A stretch of DNA of 13,282 bases from Candidatus Hodarchaeota archaeon (GTDB taxonomy: Archaea > Asgardarchaeota > Heimdallarchaeia > Hodarchaeales > Hodarchaeaceae): the NCBI GenBank assembly GCA_029856365.1, contig JAHQWW010000107.1:1-13282 (forward strand), written 5' to 3'. The translations under genes and the position numbers were made by a program. Below are positions 7,634 to 13,282 of the stretch, piece by piece (position 1 is the stretch's first letter; the number at the start of each line of letters is the position of its first letter). The notes under the pieces are model-generated. The model was not told the DNA's origin. It was given only the letters and a program-made list of their open reading frames with translations, and did no database searches.

Positions 7634-9001
7634 CTAGATTATAAAAGAACCCTTGTTAAAGAAAGATGAACTACTACTAGGAATTCTAAATCTTGTTTCC
7701 ATTTTTAACAATCTTCCAAGGAGCTTTATGCCTTTTGCAATCATTTCTGGGGATAATAATGAATATCCAAGCCTCATTGTATTCGTGGGTCTTTCACAAC
7801 GGATTAATTTAGACTCTTCGGTGACAGAATACCCATCTTGAGGGTAGAAAGCACTACCAGGAACATAGGCCACATCCTTATCAATTGACTTTTGAACAAA
7901 TTTGAGGGTATCAAAACTCTTATTTGCAGTTTCATACCAAATAAAGAATCCTCCAGTAGGTTTACTAAAATAACCATTGGGCAAGTGATCTTCAATTGCA
8001 TAAAGCATTGCTTTACAACGATCTTCATAACCACGTCTAATTAGTGGAAGCTGTAAATCGATATATTTCTCATAATAACGTGCAAGAATTGCTTGAACGA
8101 ATTCCGAGGAACATAAATCATAGTAACCTTTTGCTTTAATTATTGCTTGTCGTAAATCTTCAGGTAAGACACTATAACCAATCCTAAAGGAAGCTGCTTC
8201 TTTAGTAGAAGTTGATAAATAGGCAATTCGCTGGTTATCGAAATCATATTCCTTCAAAGGATGAATATTATTCCCCTGTTTTCCGAATTGTATTTCTTTG
8301 TAAGCTGCATCCTCCACAATTAAAATATCATTGTACCCAAAGACAATGTCAATTATCTGTCTTTTTCTTTTTGATGAAAGAGTTGTTCCTTTGGGATTAT
8401 CCGAATAGGGAATGGTGTAAAGAATTTTTGGAGTCCGTCCGAATTCTTTTTGGCATAATGCAATAGCGGTATCAATGAATTCTGGTATTAATCCACCCTC
8501 ATCTGAGGGAAGTGTAATAATTTTAGCTCCAAGTTTTTCAGCTGGTAAAAGATACCCTAAATAGGCTGGTCGAGTTGTAAGAATAATATCACCAGGAGTA
8601 ATCAGACAATCATTAATAGCATAAAGAATTTGTTGTGAACCAGTAGTGATAATAACATCCTCTACAACACACGATACATGGTCGCGCTTTTTAAGTCGCT
8701 TTGCCAAAACTGTTCGAAGTGCAATACTACCTTCGGTAGCGCCATAGTTATATTTATCTAGTACCCTTGTTGATTTTTCTTGAAGAAGTATTTTTTCTTC
8801 TGAAATGATTTCTTCTATTATCTGATGGAATGTTTCGATTGGGAGGATACCTGGTTTACCCCCACCAAAATAGTATTTTGGAGAAAATCTCAAAAGACGA
8901 CGTATTTCACTTTCAGGAAGAGTGGAGACCCAATCAGCATAATCAAGAGATAGAGGAGATTGTTTCGTATCCAATAAAACCTTAGTATTCATTTTTGTCA
9001 A
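7634..9001 (-). CDS. PLP-dependent class I/II aminotransferase (ARO8/LysN/MocR-type subgroup)
   Basis: Motifs FGGGKP, NYGATEG...LR, ITTGSQQ, PAYLG, DNPKGTT, IVEDAAY, STSTK (PLP lysine)..FRIGY, PTGGFFIW, VAYVPGSAF, MRLGYS. Start is TTG at 9001 or ATG at 8992. Confidence 0.9.
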   Translation of the reverse strand: MTKMNTKVLLDTKQSPLSLDYADWVSTLPESEIRRLLRFSPKYYFGGGKPGILPIETFHQIIEEIISEEKILLQEKSTRVLDKYNYGATEGSIALRTVLAKRLKKRDHVSCVVEDVIITTGSQQILYAINDCLITPGDIILTTRPAYLGYLLPAEKLGAKIITLPSDEGGLIPEFIDTAIALCQKEFGRTPKILYTIPYSDNPKGTTLSSKRKRQIIDIVFGYNDILIVEDAAYKEIQFGKQGNNIHPLKEYDFDNQRIAYLSTSTKEAASFRIGYSVLPEDLRQAIIKAKGYYDLCSSEFVQAILARYYEKYIDLQLPLIRRGYEDRCKAMLYAIEDHLPNGYFSKPTGGFFIWYETANKSFDTLKFVQKSIDKDVAYVPGSAFYPQDGYSVTEESKLIRCERPTNTMRLGYSLLSPEMIAKGIKLLGRLLKMETRFRIPSSSSSFFNKGSFII

Positions 9002-9052
9002 CCAACGATAATTTCTTCATCTGGATAATAATAGAAAAAAATCATCCTAATA

Positions 9053-9115
9053 TATTGATTGATAGACGAAGTTCAATAACTTTAAATATAAAAATGGACA
9101 ATTATTCATTGGTGA
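9053..9115. promoter_or_regulatory. Divergent promoter region: inverted repeat, TATA-like box and RBS for the Lrp gene
   Basis: TATTGA (9053-9058)-N14-TCAATA (9073-9078); TTTAAATATA at 9081-9090; GGTGA at 9111-9115 before the TTG at 9122. Confidence 0.5.
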
Positions 9116-9121
9116 AAATCT

Positions 9122-9646
9122 TTGACTTCCAATTTTGAAGAGGTTATAGATCTAATAGATCACAAAATTATTGAGTTTTTGAAGGAAAACGGAAAAATTT
9201 CAAGACGAAAAATTGCCAAGGAGCTTGATATTTCACCCCAAACGGTTCAAAATCGAATCAACGCATTAGAGGAGAGGGGAATTATTTTAGGCTACACAGT
9301 TATCACTAATGAAAAGAAACTTGGTAAAGGGGTAACTGCTTTTATTCTTGTTGTATTAGATCGAACTAAACATGCTTGGTCTTTTACTGAACAGCATTTG
9401 ATGATACGTCAGCAAGAATTGGAGATTATTGAAATGCATCATATCACTGGGAATTGGGACGTTGTTTTAAAGATTAAAACCCGTAGTCTTGATTCATTGG
9501 AACATAATATACTTAAGATTGTCAATATGCCAGGTGTTAGTCGAACTCTTACATTGATTTGTCTTAGTTCTAATGAATATGGTTATGAGATGAAACGTGT
9601 AGAACCAGAATTAGCATCGTTTGATCTCCTATGGAATTTTACATGA
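9122..9646 (+). CDS. Lrp/AsnC family transcriptional regulator
   Basis: IDLIDHKIIEFLKENGKISRRKIAKELDISPQTVQNRINALEERGIILGY HTH, plus RAM domain EMHHITGNWDVVLKI...GVSRTLT. Confidence 0.93.
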   Translation: MTSNFEEVIDLIDHKIIEFLKENGKISRRKIAKELDISPQTVQNRINALEERGIILGYTVITNEKKLGKGVTAFILVVLDRTKHAWSFTEQHLMIRQQELEIIEMHHITGNWDVVLKIKTRSLDSLEHNILKIVNMPGVSRTLTLICLSSNEYGYEMKRVEPELASFDLLWNFT

Positions 9647-9655
9647 TCTTCAAAT

Positions 9656-9680
9656 TTATTCAAATAGTTATTTTGAATAA
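9656..9680. repeat. Perfect 9-bp inverted repeat between the Lrp and GNAT genes
   Basis: TTATTCAAA (9656-9664), TAGTTAT spacer, TTTGAATAA (9672-9680). Confidence 0.6.
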
Positions 9681-9688
9681 GTAGTGAA

Positions 9689-10150
9689 TTGAAGATGATT
9701 GAAAGAATATCCTTAACTGATATAAAGGAAGTTCTTGAAGTAATTAACACCTCAAATCGGGAAGCCTTCAGAACAATAATTCCAAAGAAATATTTTTTGG
9801 ATCCTGTTCTGTCTACTAAACAATTTATAAAAGAATTTGAGAGATATGATTTCTTTTCTTATAAAATTAGAGAAAAGATTGTAGGTATTGCTGCCCTAGA
9901 GATTAAAAATACAACAGGTATAATTAATTGGGTTTATGTGCAACCCAAATGGCAAAGAAAAGGCATTGGAACATCATTAGTGAAATATTTGGAAAAAAAA
10001 GCCAAAAAATCGGGCCTCAACAATATTCAATTAGTCACAATAGAAAAGGCGGAAGTTGCAATAAGTTTTTACAAAAAGCTTGGTTATCGTTCAGTTAGGC
10101 ATATGGAGAGAGAATGGGGTCTTGATGTAGTTATGATGAAAGAGCTTTAA
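9689..10150 (+). CDS. GNAT family N-acetyltransferase
   Basis: KIVGIAAL..., motif A INWVYVQPKWQRKGIGTSLV and motif B AISFYKKLGY. Start is TTG at 9689 or ATG at 9695. Confidence 0.92.
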   Translation: MKMIERISLTDIKEVLEVINTSNREAFRTIIPKKYFLDPVLSTKQFIKEFERYDFFSYKIREKIVGIAALEIKNTTGIINWVYVQPKWQRKGIGTSLVKYLEKKAKKSGLNNIQLVTIEKAEVAISFYKKLGYRSVRHMEREWGLDVVMMKEL

Positions 10151-10175
10151 TATGTGAAGATGTTCAATAGTTATT

Positions 10176-10958
10176 TCAAGACTTTTTAGCTTCTTTTATG
10201 TAATCATGAATTTTTAAAAAGAATTCAGGGGTGCAAACCTCAAATGGTATAGGAATTCTTGAACCAGCCTTGTGGGTTCCTTCCAAACCTTCTTTTATTG
10301 ATTCAATTTCTCCTAAAGGAATTGAAGCAACTAAATCCGTATCCTTCGCCAGTCCAAAACGGCGATCTCCTAAACAAGGGATCGCAACTTGGGTTTTTCC
10401 TATAAGAAATGCTTTTGAAATTGTATCAGCACAAACAGCATCACCAAATGTAGAGATTGTCATTCTACCTCCCTCTCTCCATAAAGCACCCTGAATGATC
10501 CTCATTATTTGAGCTGAGTTACCGTAAATCAAAATAAAATCTGGATCATAATCAATTCTATACAAAGCACCCGAAACAATGGCAGAGAATTTACCAAATG
10601 GAATTATAGGAATCGACTCTGATGTTTTTTTCGCTCCTTCTGGAGTTTTATTATACCTTTGAAGAAAAAATTCTCCTTCTAGGAACCATTTGTATGGTTG
10701 TTCGAATCCCATAGCTATCTCTGCAAGAGGACATACATTATCTTCTTTTGTTAATCCCACTGTCCAACCATAGTATCTAGAATAACTAAATATTTGACAA
10801 AGTGCTATTTTCTTGTTTAGTCTTTTTAAATGGTTAATTTTGTTTAAATCAGTATCATCTATCAATAATTTCACTGCAATTGGAAATGTACTTAACCTAA
10901 GATACTTATTCAATGTGTCATCCAATTCTTTCCATTTACCCATAGAATCAACCACCAT
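10176..10958 (-). CDS. DUF169 domain-containing protein
   Basis: LRLSTFPIAVK, ALCQ, NVCPLAEIAMG, DPDFILIYGNSAQIMRI, DAVCAD, IPCLGDRRFGLAKD: four Cys motifs typical of the family. Confidence 0.88.
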   Translation of the reverse strand: MVVDSMGKWKELDDTLNKYLRLSTFPIAVKLLIDDTDLNKINHLKRLNKKIALCQIFSYSRYYGWTVGLTKEDNVCPLAEIAMGFEQPYKWFLEGEFFLQRYNKTPEGAKKTSESIPIIPFGKFSAIVSGALYRIDYDPDFILIYGNSAQIMRIIQGALWREGGRMTISTFGDAVCADTISKAFLIGKTQVAIPCLGDRRFGLAKDTDLVASIPLGEIESIKEGLEGTHKAGSRIPIPFEVCTPEFFLKIHDYIKEAKKS

Positions 10959-11092
10959 TCAAGTGCATAATGTATTTTAGTTAAATTCCTTTATCTATTA
11001 TGACTTTATTTAAGAATCGTCGTAGTAAAAATTTGTGAGAACCAAGTATTCGTTCCTTAAAATAATTATTTTCATTGTTGAGAGATAAAATA

Positions 11093-11257
11093 ATGAAAAA
11101 AGAAGAATTTTTATTAATTTTGAAAGGAAAAAGACAAATCTGGGAACATAAACTTAAAATCTACTCTGATCCTGATTATGCTGAGTTTTACGGGATTTTA
11201 TCTCGTGTGAGCTTATTAGACTATGTTATAGAGCTTGCAGAACAATTAGAATGCTAA
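11093..11257 (+). CDS. Small hypothetical helical protein (54 aa from ATG 11093; the track starts it at TTG 11075)
   Basis: MKKEEFLLILKGKRQIWEHKLKIYSDPDYAEFYGILSRVSLLDYVIELAEQLEC: amphipathic two-helix pattern, non-overlapping, divergent from DUF169. Confidence 0.6.
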   Translation: MKKEEFLLILKGKRQIWEHKLKIYSDPDYAEFYGILSRVSLLDYVIELAEQLEC

Positions 11258-11402
11258 CTTCGATTTTTACAGACTCAATTATCTTCCATTGATTCACTGT
11301 TTTTCAAGAAATTGGGTATGTTAATTGTGAGAGAGATTTATCAATTATTGTATGCACTATTAACTACTCTTAAATAAAAGACTGAAGAATTATACCCTTG
11401 TT

Positions 11403-12131
11403 ATGAAAAGAAAAATACTATTCCTGATCTATGGGTTTTTTATTATAACTCTAATTTCATTTCATGGAATATTGGCTAGTAATGGGATTTTATTAACAAA
11501 CAACCCTGAATGGAAAGTAAATATAGGTGATTCTAATACCTATATCTACGAAGATTTTTATGACATAACAAAAACTAATCCATTCCAATTCAGTGTATCG
11601 GGAATTATTGATGGGGAGTTTGTTTCCGTCACTGTTAAGAAAGGTACCAAATTAACATATACAATTACTTCCAAAACTACCAATGGCCCTATAATAGGTA
11701 AAATTACTTTCAACTCAAATATAACTTTCGAAGAACGGCCAATCTCAGATACTATTCTTAGAAAAACAGTTAATAACAAATCTTATTTGGGAAATTATTA
11801 TAAAAACGATAAATCTTTCTCGATTCAGGGTGATCTATTAATCCAAACCACCAGAACATTCGATATATATTACGAAGGGGGTCAAGCATTCCCCTATGAG
11901 CTAACTAGCATTTTTAAGTGGGACTGGAAAACTGGATGGTTAACTTTTTACCATATTAGATCCAATTCTTATGCAAATGAACTTTACTATGAAGAAAAAT
12001 TTGAAGTGGTGACTGGAGAAAAATCTACAAATGGTCAATTACAATCGAATGTTATCTTTGGTACTGCATTTCTAAGTATAATAGCAATAATACTTGTAAC
12101 AGAAACAAAAATCATTAAAAAAGATAATTGA
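11403..12131 (+). CDS. Secreted hypothetical protein with signal peptide and C-terminal membrane anchor
   Basis: N-terminal MKRK plus hydrophobic stretch; beta-rich Thr/Tyr body beginning WKVNIGDSNTY; C-terminal TM VIFGTAFLSIIAIILV followed by a Lys-rich tail. Confidence 0.8.
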   Translation: MKRKILFLIYGFFIITLISFHGILASNGILLTNNPEWKVNIGDSNTYIYEDFYDITKTNPFQFSVSGIIDGEFVSVTVKKGTKLTYTITSKTTNGPIIGKITFNSNITFEERPISDTILRKTVNNKSYLGNYYKNDKSFSIQGDLLIQTTRTFDIYYEGGQAFPYELTSIFKWDWKTGWLTFYHIRSNSYANELYYEEKFEVVTGEKSTNGQLQSNVIFGTAFLSIIAIILVTETKIIKKDN

Positions 12132-12229
12132 AATCTTGGCAAATACCAAACAAAAAGATACAGTTCAAGATCCTTCTCTATATTGTCTTTTTTTCAACTA
12201 GATACATAGTGAATAGCGGAAGCGATCTC

Positions 12230-13282
12230 ATGAAAATCAGATTTTCGTCGAATCAGGGGTATCTTAGATCATTTTCTCATATCGTATTGATAACACTATT
12301 GATTCTTCTCCATTGGCAAACTATAAGTTTTTTTCCAGTAAATATATCTACAGGAAATGCTAGTCATATCATTGCCCAGTTTCGTCCAAAATTGCATGAG
12401 TCTGATTATCAGGTCTATGTAAATCATTCAGGGAAAACATTTGATGGTTATAATATCTTTCAATTTCGGGATTTTGCGAATGGCCGATATAGTTTCCAAA
12501 TAACTGACATGGAGGGAAATATCATTTCATCATTTCCAAGCAAGAATAATTATGGTTATGTCCATCTTATTAATTCTACTACATTCCTATTAATAAGCAC
12601 AGGTCCTAGTTATTTATGGAACATTGAAACAAATGAAAATATCACAATTCCGTTTAATAGTCTTCACGATATCTCCTTTAATCCTAAGACTAATACTTTT
12701 ATAACTTTAAGTTCTTATTTAATTGAGTATTTTGATTTGATAGATTCAACTGCGATTTATAGATATGATACCATTTGTGAAATGAATATGACTGGTGATA
12801 TAATTTGGCAATTAAATACGAGCTCTTTTGTACCATTTGAATGGTGGTCAGCCACAAAAGAATTCACTGGATCTAATAGGGATGTCACACATTCAAATAC
12901 TGTTTTTTGGGATATAGAAGAAGATTTAATTTATCTTAATTGCCGAAATATAAATACATTCTATAAAATTGATCATGCTACAGGAGAAGTGATTTGGGGA
13001 TTAGGACAACATGGGGATTTCACTCTTTTTGATCAGTGGGGTAATCAGCGTAAAAATCTCTTTTATCATGCTCATGCTCTGGAAAAAGTAGATGAAAATA
13101 CCTTTATCCTTTTTGATAATGATTATCTAAACGAAACTATTGATGAAAATTTCCGTTCACGTATCTTAGAGATAACAATCGATGAAAACACCATGATTGC
13201 TAATATTTCGTGGGTTTGGACTGGAACCGATGAATACTATACAGCTTATTGGGGTGACGCGGATAGATTGCCCAATGGAAAC
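12230..13282 (+). CDS. Arylsulfate sulfotransferase (ASST) family beta-propeller protein, secreted; 3'-partial
   Basis: Frame +2 is open to the window end (351 codons) and absent from the track because it has no stop. It reads MKIRFSSNQGYLRSFSHIVLITLLILLHW...TFDGYNIF...ITDMEGNII...SLHDISF...GDIIWQ...DVTHSNTV...IYLNCRNINTFYKIDHATGEVIWGLG...FYHAHALE...ILFDN...SRILEI...WGDADRLPNGN. Alternative in-frame starts are GTG 12209 and TTG 12128. Confidence 0.88.
   Translation, partial: MKIRFSSNQGYLRSFSHIVLITLLILLHWQTISFFPVNISTGNASHIIAQFRPKLHESDYQVYVNHSGKTFDGYNIFQFRDFANGRYSFQITDMEGNIISSFPSKNNYGYVHLINSTTFLLISTGPSYLWNIETNENITIPFNSLHDISFNPKTNTFITLSSYLIEYFDLIDSTAIYRYDTICEMNMTGDIIWQLNTSSFVPFEWWSATKEFTGSNRDVTHSNTVFWDIEEDLIYLNCRNINTFYKIDHATGEVIWGLGQHGDFTLFDQWGNQRKNLFYHAHALEKVDENTFILFDNDYLNETIDENFRSRILEITIDENTMIANISWVWTGTDEYYTAYWGDADRLPNGN

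Noticed and set aside
3727-11779. Track ORFs 3727..3939, 6745..6969, 6856..7065, 7653..7841, 7804..8034, 8212..8466, 10231..10494 and 11558..11779
   Set aside because: All overlap stronger genes in antisense or alternate frames and lack family signatures.
1-13282. CRISPR array, tRNA/rRNA, IS element, integron attC array
   Set aside because: No regularly spaced repeats, no GC-rich structured RNA segments, no transposase or integrase ORF, genes in mixed orientations, and no repeated attC-like sites seen by eye.

Overview
AT-rich, gene-dense window that looks archaeal: Lrp/AsnC, TIGR04076 and DUF169 genes, TATA-like boxes, GGTG(A) ribosome-binding motifs, and N-glycosylation-sequon-rich anchored proteins. 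An Asgard (Heimdallarchaeia-like) origin is plausible but is inference only. Left to right: a membrane-anchored winged-helix regulator; a DUF3160 surface protein with a CGAAC-N5-GTTCG palindrome upstream; a two-gene unit (stand-alone 7TM protein plus an internally duplicated tandem winged-helix-like protein); a TIGR04076 protein; a small hypothetical; a probable minus-strand operon (PLP aminotransferase, GNAT, EamA transporter, flavin reductase pseudogene with two in-frame TAA stops) divergent from an Lrp regulator; a second GNAT flanked by an 11-bp direct repeat; DUF169; a small hypothetical; a secreted C-terminally anchored protein; and an arylsulfate sulfotransferase (ASST)-like gene that runs off the right edge and is missing from the ORF track. 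No rRNA, tRNA, CRISPR array, transposase or integrase was seen. The best candidates for an undescribed system are the 7TM plus tandem-WH pair and the membrane wHTH/DUF3160/palindrome module. Family calls come from motif recognition, not database searches.
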